Below the pieces are notes generated by a model that worked only from the letters and a program-made list of their open reading frames with translations, did no database searches and was not told where the DNA came from. From the NCBI GenBank assembly GCA_026982395.1, contig JALSHD010000100.1:27-64026 (forward strand): a stretch of DNA of 64,000 nucleotides, in the 5' to 3' direction. Made by a program: the position numbers and the translations under genes. This DNA is from Chromatiales bacterium (GTDB lineage Bacteria; Pseudomonadota; Gammaproteobacteria; Thiohalospirales; Thiohalospiraceae). Positions 39,885 through 49,849 of the stretch are shown here, piece by piece. Each line of letters begins with the position of its first letter. Within the stretch, counting starts at the first letter, position 1.

Positions 39885-41222
39885 ATGCAGGTGATAGCTT
39901 TACTGCGGGAGCGGTTGCGGGGAGAAGGGCTGGCAGCGGTTCTGGTTAAAGGAGCGAGTGGCTCCTTTGCGGTCAAGATTGCCGGTGCGGGATTGCTGTT
40001 CGCCAGCCAGATGCTACTGACCCGGGTAATGGGAGCGACGCAATACGGGATCTATATCTATGCGTTGACCTGGATTGTTCTGCTTTCCCAGATTGCCGAG
40101 TTGGGGCTGGGCTCCTCCATTCTTCGTTTTGTGGCGGCCTACCGTGCCAGGGGGGAGTGGGCGTTGCTGCACGGTATTCTGCGTTTCAGTTCCCGGTTGG
40201 TTTTTTTTCTTAGTCTGGTTATTGCCGCATTGGTGGCAGGAGTTGTCTGGTTGCTGAGCGATCAACTTGGCGAAGAGCAAACCATTGCTTTCTGGCTGGC
40301 GCTGTTGCTGTTGCCGGTGTTGACTCTGACGGGTTTGCGTCAGACGGCGCTGGTTTCTCTCAAACATGTTATCCGGGCCGGTATTCCGGAGAGCATTTTC
40401 AAGCAGCTGTTAATCATGGTGTTGGTAGGGGGACTCTATCTGGTTGCCCGTGATTCACTATCGGCTACCGAGGTGATGACAGTAAACTTGATTAGCTGGC
40501 TGGTGACTTTTGTTATCGGCACAGTCTGGTTGCTTCGGCTGTTGCCACCGGAGGTTGCACAGGCGGTACCAGCCTACCAACGGCGGGAATGGATCAAGGT
40601 ATCACTGCCCATGCTGTTTGCCACCGGCATGCGTATGATACTGTTTCAGGCTGATATCATCATGGTTGGCGCAATTATGGGAGCCAGGGCAGCCGGGATC
40701 TATGCTGTAGCAACCCGTATTATCGAGATCGTTGCGTTCGGAGAGCAGGCGCTTAATTCGATTGTTGCGCCCATGATCTCCGAGCTTTTTAATAGCGAGC
40801 AGCACGCCAAACTTCGGAGAATGATGACTTTTGCTGCATGGGGGAGATTTGCCTTTACCCTGATCACCAGTCTTGTCATGGCGTTGCTAGGCGATTTTTT
40901 GCTTGGGCTTTTTGGCGCCGAGTTTGTGGAGGGGTTGACGCCGTTTCTGATCCTTCTCGGAGGGAATGTGCTTATTTCGATGGCTGGCTCAGGTGGTTTC
41001 CTGATGCCGATGACCGGGCACCAGAATCAGCATGCAGTACAGGTTGCCATAGCGGCACTGATCAATATCGTTCTCAATGCGATTCTGGTTCCGATGTATG
41101 GAATCAGCGGGGCTGCAATTGCAACGGTAATCAGCATGATCGTATGGAACATTATCATGCTGAGCTATGTATGGCGTCATCTTAAAATAAATCCAACAAT
41201 TTTTTCCCGGTTACAGTCATGA
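39885..41222 (+). CDS. wzx: MOP-superfamily polysaccharide flippase (Wzx-like)
   Basis: 445 aa with about 12 TM helices. Position within the Wzy-dependent cluster. Confidence 0.75.
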   Translation: MQVIALLRERLRGEGLAAVLVKGASGSFAVKIAGAGLLFASQMLLTRVMGATQYGIYIYALTWIVLLSQIAELGLGSSILRFVAAYRARGEWALLHGILRFSSRLVFFLSLVIAALVAGVVWLLSDQLGEEQTIAFWLALLLLPVLTLTGLRQTALVSLKHVIRAGIPESIFKQLLIMVLVGGLYLVARDSLSATEVMTVNLISWLVTFVIGTVWLLRLLPPEVAQAVPAYQRREWIKVSLPMLFATGMRMILFQADIIMVGAIMGARAAGIYAVATRIIEIVAFGEQALNSIVAPMISELFNSEQHAKLRRMMTFAAWGRFAFTLITSLVMALLGDFLLGLFGAEFVEGLTPFLILLGGNVLISMAGSGGFLMPMTGHQNQHAVQVAIAALINIVLNAILVPMYGISGAAIATVISMIVWNIIMLSYVWRHLKINPTIFSRLQS

Positions 41223-42310
41223 AAATAGCCATGGGAATCTCTTCGCTGGGTGGGGGCGGTGCCGAACGGGTAATTTCCATTATGGCCAATTACTGGGCTG
41301 GCAAGGGGAGGGATGTTACCGTGATTACTCTTGCCTCTGAGGAAAAGGATGTTTATCACCTGGATGAGCGGGTACGGCGTGCCGCTTTCGATCTGGAAAA
41401 AAAATCACAGGGTGCAAGGGATGCACTGAAGAACAATCTGCAGCGAATTCTGTATCTGCGCAAGACCCTGCGCGCCAGTCGTCCTGATGTTGTTATCGGT
41501 TTTTCCGAACACATGTGTGTGATGATGTTGTTGGCGACACTGGGTTTGTCTATTCCCGTGATTGCTTTCGAGCATACCGATCCCCGTCAGGCTCCACTGG
41601 ATCGGTTTTGGGGTTTTTTGCGGCGCTGGAGTTATTTCAGGGCGAAGGGAATAGTGCTGTTGACGGAGGAACTGAAAGGGGTAGCCGCGCAGAGCTGGCC
41701 GGAAAAACTGCTGCATGTAATTCCAAATCCTGCTGTGGTAGTGGAGAAAAACAAGGATGCTCCACCCCCTTTTGAACTGCCGGCCCGTTTTATAGTTGCC
41801 ATGGGACGGTTGGTGCCGTTGAAAGGGTTCGATATGTTGCTGGAAGCGTTCAGCCGGTGTGAGCGTGATGACTGGTCACTGGTTATCCTGGGTGAGGGTG
41901 AAGATCGGCTACGGTTGGAGCATTTGGTAAAAAAATTTAACCTGGAGCAACGCGCACTGCTTCCAGGCCGCGTCGCAGAACCGTCCCTGATTCTGCGGCG
42001 AGCCGATATCTTTGTATTGTCATCCCGTTACGAGGGCTTTCCCATGGCCCTGGTGGAAGCGATGGCCTGCGGTGTTGCCGTACTCAGTTTTGATTGTCCT
42101 ACCGGGCCGAGCGATATTGTCAGGGATGGGGAGGACGGTATTCTGGTCCCGCCTGAAGATATTTCGGCACTGACCGAGGCGATGACGGGATTGATGGACG
42201 ATGAGAGGCAGCGGCACAGACTGGCAGCCCGGGCTCCGGAAGTAATGCGACGTTTCTGTGTCGAGAAAGTGATGGATCAGTGGGATGCCCTGCTGGCTTC
42301 AGTCAGGTGA
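41219..42310 (+). CDS. Glycosyltransferase family 4 (GT-B)
   Basis: 363 aa. N-terminal GGGGAERV, and C-terminal EGFPMALVEAMACGVAV (EX7E motif). Confidence 0.9.
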   Translation: MKIAMGISSLGGGGAERVISIMANYWAGKGRDVTVITLASEEKDVYHLDERVRRAAFDLEKKSQGARDALKNNLQRILYLRKTLRASRPDVVIGFSEHMCVMMLLATLGLSIPVIAFEHTDPRQAPLDRFWGFLRRWSYFRAKGIVLLTEELKGVAAQSWPEKLLHVIPNPAVVVEKNKDAPPPFELPARFIVAMGRLVPLKGFDMLLEAFSRCERDDWSLVILGEGEDRLRLEHLVKKFNLEQRALLPGRVAEPSLILRRADIFVLSSRYEGFPMALVEAMACGVAVLSFDCPTGPSDIVRDGEDGILVPPEDISALTEAMTGLMDDERQRHRLAARAPEVMRRFCVEKVMDQWDALLASVR

Positions 42311-42391
42311 TTTTTCTGGAGAGGTGTGGGATGGCGGCTCTGACGGCCTGTCCGTGCGGTTCCGCAGTTTCCCGGATGCCGGCAGTTTAGT

Positions 42392-43612
42392 ATGAGACAG
42401 ATTTTTATCTGGCTGGCGGCCATAAATACTTTTCTGTATTGCAGCAACATCTATCTGCACTACTTCGAGACAGGTCAAACCTCGTTCAAGCCGCTGTACT
42501 GGTATGTTTTTACCATAGGCTCCATGATGGCTTTGCTGATGGTGGGGCGGAGCTCCCTGTTCAGGGACCTTCCCAAGCCCTTGTTGATCTGGCTGTGGGC
42601 ATTTCTGGCCTACAGCGCATTCAATTTCATCTACTCTTCACTTGGCGAGCTGGCTACCCAGGCCGTTATCTATAATTTCGAAAGTGTATTTCTGTTTGCC
42701 GCATTCTTTCTATTGCTGATACAGCCGGGTGCCATTCGTGTGGTGCAGTGGGTGCTGACGGGGGTAGCACTGCTGGGTGTTGTACTGAATATTATCGATT
42801 TTTTCACTCCGCTCTGGTCGACAGTTCCCGGCAGGGCAGCGGGACTTTACGGCAATCCAACTATCTCCGGAAAGGTTCTTGCGTTGACCATGGTAGCGGC
42901 TATTCCCGTGATTCCGGCAAGATTGCGGCTGTTGTTCTGTGCTGTGGTGGGTGTGGGAATTATTCTTACTTTCAGTCGCGGCGCCTGGCTGCTCTGGGCG
43001 CTGGGTGTTACCGGGTTGAGTGTGACCGATTACATTCGGTTCCGATACAAAAAAATTGCTGCCGGCCTTGTTGCCGGTCTGGCCGGGTTTCTTCTTTATG
43101 CCCTTTTGACCGGAACACTGTTGAGCCACATGAACACTGTTGGCCTGGATGTTTTTCTGACGCCTGATACGCTGGAAAGAATGGGGGGAAGGGGTTTATC
43201 ATTCGAGGATGACTCTGCCTCTTCAAGAGCGGCGGTTGCTCTGCGGGCCTGGGAGGCTTTCCAGGAAGCGCCCTGGATAGGCCACGGGATGGGATATACG
43301 ATGGAGTGGGGCTATATTGAGCCTCACAATATGTATGTCACCATGGCTGCCAATGGTGGATTGTTGGGGTTGGCGATATTTCTGGCGCTACTGGCGCTGG
43401 TATGGCGCAATTCGGATCAGCTTGGCAAGGTGCTTTGTCTGCTCTATGCCTTTTCATCTCTTACCTCCCACAACAACCTGGATCAGCCTGTCATGATCTA
43501 CATGCTGGCCATGGCGCTGGCACTGGGAAGGCTTGGCAAGGAAACGTCTGGTAGAATACCGTTTCTGCCGTCAGTTTCGGGTGGTGGAGAGCGGAGGAAT
43601 CGAATATTCTGA
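42392..43612 (+). CDS. O-antigen ligase / Wzy-like polymerase family membrane protein
   Basis: 406 aa, polytopic, with a Wzy_C-like loop ([10 protein letters not shown]). Confidence 0.7.
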   Translation: MRQIFIWLAAINTFLYCSNIYLHYFETGQTSFKPLYWYVFTIGSMMALLMVGRSSLFRDLPKPLLIWLWAFLAYSAFNFIYSSLGELATQAVIYNFESVFLFAAFFLLLIQPGAIRVVQWVLTGVALLGVVLNIIDFFTPLWSTVPGRAAGLYGNPTISGKVLALTMVAAIPVIPARLRLLFCAVVGVGIILTFSRGAWLLWALGVTGLSVTDYIRFRYKKIAAGLVAGLAGFLLYALLTGTLLSHMNTVGLDVFLTPDTLERMGGRGLSFEDDSASSRAAVALRAWEAFQEAPWIGHGMGYTMEWGYIEPHNMYVTMAANGGLLGLAIFLALLALVWRNSDQLGKVLCLLYAFSSLTSHNNLDQPVMIYMLAMALALGRLGKETSGRIPFLPSVSGGGERRNRIF

Positions 43613-43658
43613 TAATGATATGTCAAAAACTCAAGTATATTTTCAGGGGGGTAATAAA

Positions 43659-44123
43659 ATGGCGCGTTGGTCGCTGACAGTCAATGGAAAACAGCAAGAG
43701 TTTGAAGCAGAATCTGATATGCCGCTATTGTGGGTGTTGCGGGATCTGCTGGGATTGACCGGTACGAAATTTGGATGTGGTGTAGGTGCTTGCGGAGCCT
43801 GCAATGTTCATCTTGATGGTGAACTGGTACCCTCCTGCACGGTTCCGGTTTCCGCTGTTGGTGGTCGGAAGATCGTGACCATTGAAGGACTTTCAGATAA
43901 AACCGATCATCCCGTCCAGAAAGCCTGGCTGGAAGAGAAGGTTTCCCAGTGCGGGTATTGTCAGCCGGGGCAGATTATGGCGGCCGTGACACTACTGGAG
44001 AACAACCCCCATCCCAGTGATGCAGAAATTGATGCCGCCATGGCTCGAACCCTGTGCCGGTGCGGGGCATATCCCCGTATTCGCAAGGCGATTCATCGCG
44101 CAGCCAAAAGTGAAAGCTTATGA
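43659..44123 (+). CDS. (2Fe-2S)-binding small subunit of an aldehyde oxidase/isoquinoline oxidoreductase-type enzyme (IorA-like)
   Basis: Start chosen at [11 protein letters not shown]. Motifs CGVGACGAC and CGYCQPG. ATGA overlap with the large subunit gene. The ORF extends upstream to 43533 and overlaps the previous gene. Confidence 0.85.
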   Translation: MARWSLTVNGKQQEFEAESDMPLLWVLRDLLGLTGTKFGCGVGACGACNVHLDGELVPSCTVPVSAVGGRKIVTIEGLSDKTDHPVQKAWLEEKVSQCGYCQPGQIMAAVTLLENNPHPSDAEIDAAMARTLCRCGAYPRIRKAIHRAAKSESL

Positions 44124-46237
44124 GTATTGTCTACAATCCTGATCGACGTAATTTTTTAACCACCACTGCAGCCGCGGGCGCGGGGTTGGTGCTGGCTTTC
44201 TCGATGACATCCTGTGTCCGTTCGGTGCCGCCGGGTGGAAGGGAGAGTAGCGGGTTCAGGCCAAGCGGCTGGCTGAGAATAACCTCTGATAACCATATTA
44301 CTGTTTTTGTTGCCGAGGCCGAGATGGGGCAGGGAGTACATACTTCGCTGGCCATGCTGATCGCGGAAGAACTGGAAGTGGATTTCAGCATGATCGAAGT
44401 GGAGCAGGCACCGGTCGACAATGCAGTGTACGGCTGGCAGTACACCGGTGGAAGTACCAGTGTTCGTGATGGGTGGGAGCGTTTTCGCCAGGCTGGTGCC
44501 GTGGCGCGTGAGATGCTGATTGCAGCGGCTGCCCGGGCCTGGCAGGTACCGGTTGCCGAATGCCGCGCGGAGCAGGGCGGGGTTGTTCATGCCGCCAGCG
44601 AACGGCGGGCAAGCTATGGTGAACTGGCGACGGCCGCTGCCGGGATGCCGGTTCCCCAAAGCATCAAGCTCAAGGAGCGGGGCGATTTCCGGCTTATCGG
44701 CAAATCATTACCCCGCGTGGATGCTGTGGATGCGCTGAATGGCAGTATCGTCTACGGCGCCGATGTCAAACTGCCCAACCTTCTCACTGCCACGATTGTG
44801 CACTGTCCTGTATTCGGTGGTAAAGCGCGGAAAATAGGTAGTGAGAAGGCGCTGGCTGTTCCCGGTGTGCATAAAGTGGTGGAGATTGACGCCGGAGTCG
44901 CTGTGGTTGCCGATCATTTTTGGGCTGCCAAAAAAGGGGCAGATGTTCTGGATATTCAGTGGGATTTTGGTCCCCATGCAGATATAAGTTCAGAAAGCAT
45001 TCAGCAACTTTTTACCGAGCAGGCAGATGGGTATACCGGTGTGGAGCAGGAGATATCCACGGCACTGGCCAATGCGGCTCAGCGGATTGAGGCTGAATAC
45101 CATCTCCCCTACCAGGCACATGCCACGCTTGAACCAATGTGCTGTACTGTCCATATACATGATGGAGTTTGCGAAGTGTGGGTGCCAAGCCAGAATCCCA
45201 GCAGTGCGCAGGTTGTAGCTGCACGGTTCTCCATGTCGCGGGTTGAATACCTGGCGCAACGGGTCAAGGGTAAACTGTTGGGCCGTTCTCTGGAATCAGT
45301 TCGTGTACACAACATGCCGCTGGGTGGCGGGTTCGGGCGGCGCCTGGAGAGTGACTATGTTGTCGAGGCGGTGCAGATAGCAAAGGCGGTTGATGCGCCG
45401 GTGAAGCTGATCTGGTCACGGGAACAGGATATTCAGCATGACTTTTACCGTCCTGCCAGTCTGCATCGTCTGACCGCCGGACTGGATGAGCAGGGGATGC
45501 CGGTGGCATGGCATCAGCTGGCGGTCGGAGTGGCGGATTACGGGCCTCCCTACTATAAAATTCCGACCAGCGGGGGGAGTACGATCGAGGTAGATACAGG
45601 GGTTCCGACAGGGCCCTGGCGCTCGGTGAGTCTCTCCTGGAACGCTTTTGTGATAGAGGGGTTTATTGACGAGTTGGCTTCGCTTGCCGGAAAGGATCCG
45701 GTGGCCTACCGTTTGGACTTGCTTAAAATCCCACGGCTGAAGGCGGTTGTCGAGATGGCGGCAGAGAAGGCCGGATGGGGAGGTTCGCTGCCAGCCGGGC
45801 ACTATCAGGGTATCGCCGCGCAACCGGGGTTTGGCAGCTATGTCGCCCAAGTGGTGGAGCTGTCCGTTGATAAAAATAAAGGGATTCGGATACACCGTAT
45901 CGTCTGCGTTATCGATTGTGGTCAGGTGGTCAATCCAGACATGGTGGTATCACAGATGGAAGGAGGAATCATCTTCGGGTTGACGGCTACCGTGACCAGC
46001 GCCATTACCATTCGAAACGGGAGGGTGGAGCAGAGCAACTTTTATGATTTTCCCATCTTGCGGATGGGGGAGACGCCTCCCATCGACGTTTATATTATGC
46101 CGAGCGAAGAGCCGCCCGGCGGCGTTGGTGAGCCTGGTGTTCCACCCATAGCGCCCGCTGTGGTCAACGCACTTTATGCGACAACAAAGGTGAGGATACG
46201 TAAACTGCCGGTTCGGGCAGAGGATCTGTTTTCATAA
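44120..46237 (+). CDS. Molybdopterin-binding large subunit (IorB-like), Tat-exported
   Basis: 705 aa. Tat-type signal [19 protein letters not shown]. Aldehyde-oxidase/xanthine-dehydrogenase a/b-hammerhead and MoCo-binding-like regions. Confidence 0.8.
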   Translation: MSIVYNPDRRNFLTTTAAAGAGLVLAFSMTSCVRSVPPGGRESSGFRPSGWLRITSDNHITVFVAEAEMGQGVHTSLAMLIAEELEVDFSMIEVEQAPVDNAVYGWQYTGGSTSVRDGWERFRQAGAVAREMLIAAAARAWQVPVAECRAEQGGVVHAASERRASYGELATAAAGMPVPQSIKLKERGDFRLIGKSLPRVDAVDALNGSIVYGADVKLPNLLTATIVHCPVFGGKARKIGSEKALAVPGVHKVVEIDAGVAVVADHFWAAKKGADVLDIQWDFGPHADISSESIQQLFTEQADGYTGVEQEISTALANAAQRIEAEYHLPYQAHATLEPMCCTVHIHDGVCEVWVPSQNPSSAQVVAARFSMSRVEYLAQRVKGKLLGRSLESVRVHNMPLGGGFGRRLESDYVVEAVQIAKAVDAPVKLIWSREQDIQHDFYRPASLHRLTAGLDEQGMPVAWHQLAVGVADYGPPYYKIPTSGGSTIEVDTGVPTGPWRSVSLSWNAFVIEGFIDELASLAGKDPVAYRLDLLKIPRLKAVVEMAAEKAGWGGSLPAGHYQGIAAQPGFGSYVAQVVELSVDKNKGIRIHRIVCVIDCGQVVNPDMVVSQMEGGIIFGLTATVTSAITIRNGRVEQSNFYDFPILRMGETPPIDVYIMPSEEPPGGVGEPGVPPIAPAVVNALYATTKVRIRKLPVRAEDLFS

Positions 46238-46258
46238 CTACGCACCACGAATCACGAA
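46234..46258. repeat. Solo terminus resembling the family-1b element end
   Basis: ATAACTACGCACCACGAATCACGAA vs GTAACTACTCACCACGAAGCTCACC matches at 16 of the first 18 positions. Fills the 24-bp spacer and contains the iorB-like TAA stop (46235-46237). Confidence 0.4.
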
Positions 46259-46261
46259 ATA

Positions 46262-46744
46262 ATGAGCGATAAAGTCAAGATACTGTTTGTTTGTATGGGG
46301 AATATCTGCCGTTCTCCCACGGCGCATGGTGTATTTCGGAAGATAGTCGAGGAGGCCGGCCTTGCGCACCTGATAGAGATCGACTCGGCAGGAACCCACT
46401 CCTATCACGAAGGCAAGAGGCCGGATCCGCGTGCGCAGCAGGCTGCTCAGCTCAGGGGGTATGATCTGTCTGATATTCAGGCTCGCCGCGTGACTGCCCG
46501 GGACTGCGAACAGTTTGATTACGTTGTCGCCATGGATGAAGAGAATCTGATGCTGCTGCAAGAGCTTTGTCCCGAAGGTCACGAAGACAAGCTGTGTCTG
46601 TTACTTGATTTTTCGACCGATTCAGTACTGCGTGAGGTGCCTGATCCCTACTATGGTGGGATGAGAGGGTTTGAGAGGGTGCTTGATCTGGTTGAAGATG
46701 CGTCAAACGGCCTGTTCCGGCATATTGCCAAAGAGCATTTCTGA
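46262..46744 (+). CDS. Low-molecular-weight protein-tyrosine phosphatase (second paralog)
   Basis: 160 aa with KILFVCMGNICRSPTAHG and VPDPYYG. Confidence 0.9.
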   Translation: MSDKVKILFVCMGNICRSPTAHGVFRKIVEEAGLAHLIEIDSAGTHSYHEGKRPDPRAQQAAQLRGYDLSDIQARRVTARDCEQFDYVVAMDEENLMLLQELCPEGHEDKLCLLLDFSTDSVLREVPDPYYGGMRGFERVLDLVEDASNGLFRHIAKEHF

Positions 46745-46766
46745 TTATCCGGTTTGAGTGCCCGCG

Positions 46767-47036
46767 TTACTCCGGCTCTCCAAACCGATCCTGAACAAGC
46801 CTTTCCAGCTGCTCCAGTGCATGGTTTTCATCTGAACCATCAGCGCTGAGAGTTATCGTGGTACCGCGGGAGGCGGCCAGCATCATGATACCCATGATGC
46901 TTTTCCCGTTGACGCAACGATGGTTTGCCGTTAGCTGGATTTCGGCATCAAATTCGTTGGCCAGATTTACGAACTTTACTGCCGCTCGTGCGTGCAGGCC
47001 CAGTTTGTTGATAATGGTGATCTGCTTTTTGACCAA
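46767..47036 (-). CDS. ptsO: HPr-family phosphocarrier protein (NPr)
   Basis: 89 aa. NKLGLHARAA contains the active-site His context. Synteny with rapZ. Confidence 0.9.
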   Translation of the reverse strand: MVKKQITIINKLGLHARAAVKFVNLANEFDAEIQLTANHRCVNGKSIMGIMMLAASRGTTITLSADGSDENHALEQLERLVQDRFGEPE

Positions 47037-47115
47037 TGCAGGCGTTACTCCGTCAGGACGGTAATCCGGGATTTTGCTGGTTTGTCGGTGTTCAAGGGCA
47101 TGGATGTGTTAATGT

Positions 47116-47508
47116 TTATCTGGAGCTACTCCAGATGATCCCGTCGTGTCCGCCACTGGTTGCTTTTTGTGCCAGTTCTGCCAGCCCCAGATGTGAGTAG
47201 TTCAGCACCCGAACAAGCATCGGCAGATTGATTCCCGTTACAAGCATAATATGTGGTTGATCCAGCAGTGACGTTGCTATATTGCTGGGTGTAGAGCCAA
47301 ACATGTCGGTAAGAACAAGTACCCCTTCACCCTGATCCAGCTCTCTGGCCAGTTCGCGAGCCTGTTCTGTTATCTGTTCGGGATTTGAATTCAGTGCAAC
47401 GGCGATGGTTTTTATTTGTAACGGATACCCCCCAATCATCGTGACGGCGGTGTCAAGCAGCGCTTCACCAATCCGGTTGTGGGTGATAATGAGCAAGCCG
47501 ATACTCAT
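47116..47508 (-). CDS. PTS EIIA component, mannose/fructose family
   Basis: 130 aa with IGLLIITHNRIG (phospho-His) and LVLTDMFGSTP. Confidence 0.85.
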   Translation of the reverse strand: MSIGLLIITHNRIGEALLDTAVTMIGGYPLQIKTIAVALNSNPEQITEQARELARELDQGEGVLVLTDMFGSTPSNIATSLLDQPHIMLVTGINLPMLVRVLNYSHLGLAELAQKATSGGHDGIIWSSSR

Positions 47509-48362
47509 GAGAGTTCCCTGTGGCGCACCTGCACGTTAACACGAACACGCTGAAAGTGTCTGGCAAGTCGCTCCGCCAGATAGACCGAACGGTGTTGTCC
47601 ACCGGTACAACCGATAGCGACGGTCATGTAGGCTCGGTTATCAGCTTCAAAATGGGGAATCCAGCTGTTCATGAACTCACACAGGTGTTCGCTCATTTGA
47701 TTGACCAGTGGTTCCGCTTCCAGAAAGTCAATAACAGGTTTGTCTCGCCCACTATAGGGGCGCAGATCTGGTTGCCAGTGGGGATTGGGAAGACAGCGAA
47801 CGTCAAAAACAAAATCGGCATCGGTCGGGATTCCGTTTTTGAAACCGAATGATTCAAACAGAATCGACATGGTTCCGGGGTATAAATCCTGCAGGCGATC
47901 CACGATCAGATCACGCAGCTGGTGAACATTGGTGCGGCTTGTCTCGATACGCAGGTCCGCATTGGCAGCAATGGGTTCCAGCAGGATTCCTTCACGTTTG
48001 ATGGCATCGGCAAGAGGTATGCTCTTGGATGTCAGCGGGTGTCTGCGGCGGGTTTCGCTGAACCGTTTTAGCAAGGTGGCTTCATCAGCGGTGAGGAAGA
48101 AGGTTTCACACTCAACCCCTTTTTCCCTGAGTCTGGCGATAATATCGGGAAACGAGTCCAGATCTCCCGTCAGATTACGGGCATCAATCCCTACGGCAGC
48201 CTTGTTGACCCGGGACTGGTTGTTAATCAGTACCCGTTCAGCGAATGCAGGCAGCAGGGAAACGGGTAGATTGTCGAGGCAATAGTAGCCGAGATCTTCC
48301 AGAACATTCAGTGCAACACTCTTTCCTGAACCGGACATACCACTGACAATCAGTAGTTTCAT
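47505..48362 (-). CDS. rapZ: RNase adapter protein RapZ (YhbJ)
   Basis: 285 aa. Walker A (SGMSGSGKSVAL) and C-terminal CTGGQHRSV motif. Confidence 0.9.
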   Translation of the reverse strand: MKLLIVSGMSGSGKSVALNVLEDLGYYCLDNLPVSLLPAFAERVLINNQSRVNKAAVGIDARNLTGDLDSFPDIIARLREKGVECETFFLTADEATLLKRFSETRRRHPLTSKSIPLADAIKREGILLEPIAANADLRIETSRTNVHQLRDLIVDRLQDLYPGTMSILFESFGFKNGIPTDADFVFDVRCLPNPHWQPDLRPYSGRDKPVIDFLEAEPLVNQMSEHLCEFMNSWIPHFEADNRAYMTVAIGCTGGQHRSVYLAERLARHFQRVRVNVQVRHRELS

Positions 48363-48901
48363 CTGTCTCCCCTTAAAAAAGACTGTTGACGGCTGATAAA
48401 CTCCTCGGCCGCATTATAACCACCTGCATAAAGAATATGATTGCGGATAGCGTTTTCCACCATAACTGCCAAATTATGCCCTGGTGCTACCGGTAGTTTT
48501 ACTGCCGGAATTTCTATACCCAGAACAGTTCGCTGGTGCAGGCTACCCTTCAGATGCTCATCTCCCTCCAGTTTAAACCGATCTGTCGGTATCAGGGAAA
48601 TCATCAGCCGAAGCCGACTGGATTTTTTAATTGCGTCTGCACCGAACATGGCGGGAATATTTAACACTCCCAGACCAGAAACCGCAATAAAATCCTGCAA
48701 TGGAGGAGGACAGACTCCACTGACCGTTGTAGAAGAGCAACAGTGGAACTCGGGCGCATCATCGGCAATGAGCTTGTGTCCGCGGCTGACCAGTTCCAGT
48801 GCCAGAGCGCTTTTCCCGATACCGCCGGGACCTTCAATAAGCACTCCCAGATTCAGTATTTCAACAAATACGCCGTGGAGAGTTTCTGTTCGGGCAGGCA
48901 T
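48359..48901 (-). CDS. hprK: HPr kinase/phosphorylase, short form (catalytic C-terminal domain only)
   Basis: 180 aa. HGVFVEILNLGVLIEGPGGIGKSALALELVSRGHKLIADD is the HprK P-loop region. There is no room for an N-terminal domain (103-bp spacer to ptsN). Confidence 0.8.
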   Translation of the reverse strand: MPARTETLHGVFVEILNLGVLIEGPGGIGKSALALELVSRGHKLIADDAPEFHCCSSTTVSGVCPPPLQDFIAVSGLGVLNIPAMFGADAIKKSSRLRLMISLIPTDRFKLEGDEHLKGSLHQRTVLGIEIPAVKLPVAPGHNLAVMVENAIRNHILYAGGYNAAEEFISRQQSFLRGDR

Positions 48902-49004
48902 TATAATCCGGTGTCACCGTTTCTGTATCGATCCGGCATTTTCTGCTTGAATAAAATGCCGTGTAAATAGCAGGTGTAAAACTGTTTCCCCAATACAGGA
49001 ACAA

Positions 49005-49487
49005 CTATTTCTTTCCGGTGGAAGAGCTTCCGGTTGGCCGCCAGTGTACCAGCTTCTGATAGAGTTCCTCATCGCTGGAAGCTTTGCGGAGCTGTTTGCA
49101 AAACTCTTCGTTACGGAACATCTCTGCCAGTGTTGCCAATATCTGCAGATGCTCGTCGGTGGAGTGTTCCGGAACTATCAGTGCGCACAGCAGATCGACT
49201 GGTTGATGGTCGTTGCTGTCAAAATCAATACCTTCTCGCAATTGCAGAAAAGCGCAGAGAGTCTGATCGATATCTTTTACTCTTCCGTGGGGCAGGGCAA
49301 CCCCTCTGCCCAATCCGGTGCTGCTGAGCCGTTCCCGGGCAAGCAGACTATTGAAAATGTCAGAACTGGAAATGTTTTCCTGATTCTCGGCAAGGCTGGT
49401 GCTCAACAGCTCCAGTGCCCGCTTTTTGCTGGCGGCATCGGCATGGGAGCTTACGCGCTCGGGTGTCAGTATTTTTGAAATTTTCAT
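49005..49487 (-). CDS. ptsN: Nitrogen-regulatory PTS EIIA (PtsN)
   Basis: 160 aa. STGLGRGVALPHGR contains the phospho-His motif. Synteny after hpf. Confidence 0.9.
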   Translation of the reverse strand: MKISKILTPERVSSHADAASKKRALELLSTSLAENQENISSSDIFNSLLARERLSSTGLGRGVALPHGRVKDIDQTLCAFLQLREGIDFDSNDHQPVDLLCALIVPEHSTDEHLQILATLAEMFRNEEFCKQLRKASSDEELYQKLVHWRPTGSSSTGKK

Positions 49488-49526
49488 TCGTATCGTTAGC
49501 AGCTGTTTATTTGGTAACTGTAGCTG

Positions 49527-49820
49527 CTAGGGATGATGGTTGGTGATTTTTTCCTTGTGTTTTTTTAGTTGGCGGTGAAGTTTGTCGCTTAATGCATCGA
49601 TGGCGGCATACATATTCTCATCTTCGGCATTGGCAAACAGATCAGCCCCGTTGACATGCATGGTTGCTTCCGCTTTCTGTCGGTTTTTCTCCACACCGAG
49701 TACAACATGGACATTTCCAACTTTATCGTAATAGCGTTCCAGCTTGCCCAGTTTTTCCTCGACATAGGCGCGGAGTGCATCGGTGAGATCTATGTGGTGT
49801 CCTGTCAGATTCAGTTGCAT
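49527..49820 (-). CDS. hpf: Ribosome hibernation promoting factor (short HPF)
   Basis: 97 aa with MQLNLTGHHIDLTDALRAYVEEKL. Immediately downstream of rpoN. Confidence 0.9.
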   Translation of the reverse strand: MQLNLTGHHIDLTDALRAYVEEKLGKLERYYDKVGNVHVVLGVEKNRQKAEATMHVNGADLFANAEDENMYAAIDALSDKLHRQLKKHKEKITNHHP

Positions 49821-49849
49821 GATTATGGCTCCATAAAATAGTAAAAAGT

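Noticed and set aside
43533-43658. Upstream extension of the 2Fe-2S subunit ORF, overlapping the Wzy-like gene
   Set aside because: Family members start right at the ferredoxin-like domain. The ATG at 43659 ([11 protein letters not shown]) removes the 80-nt overlap.
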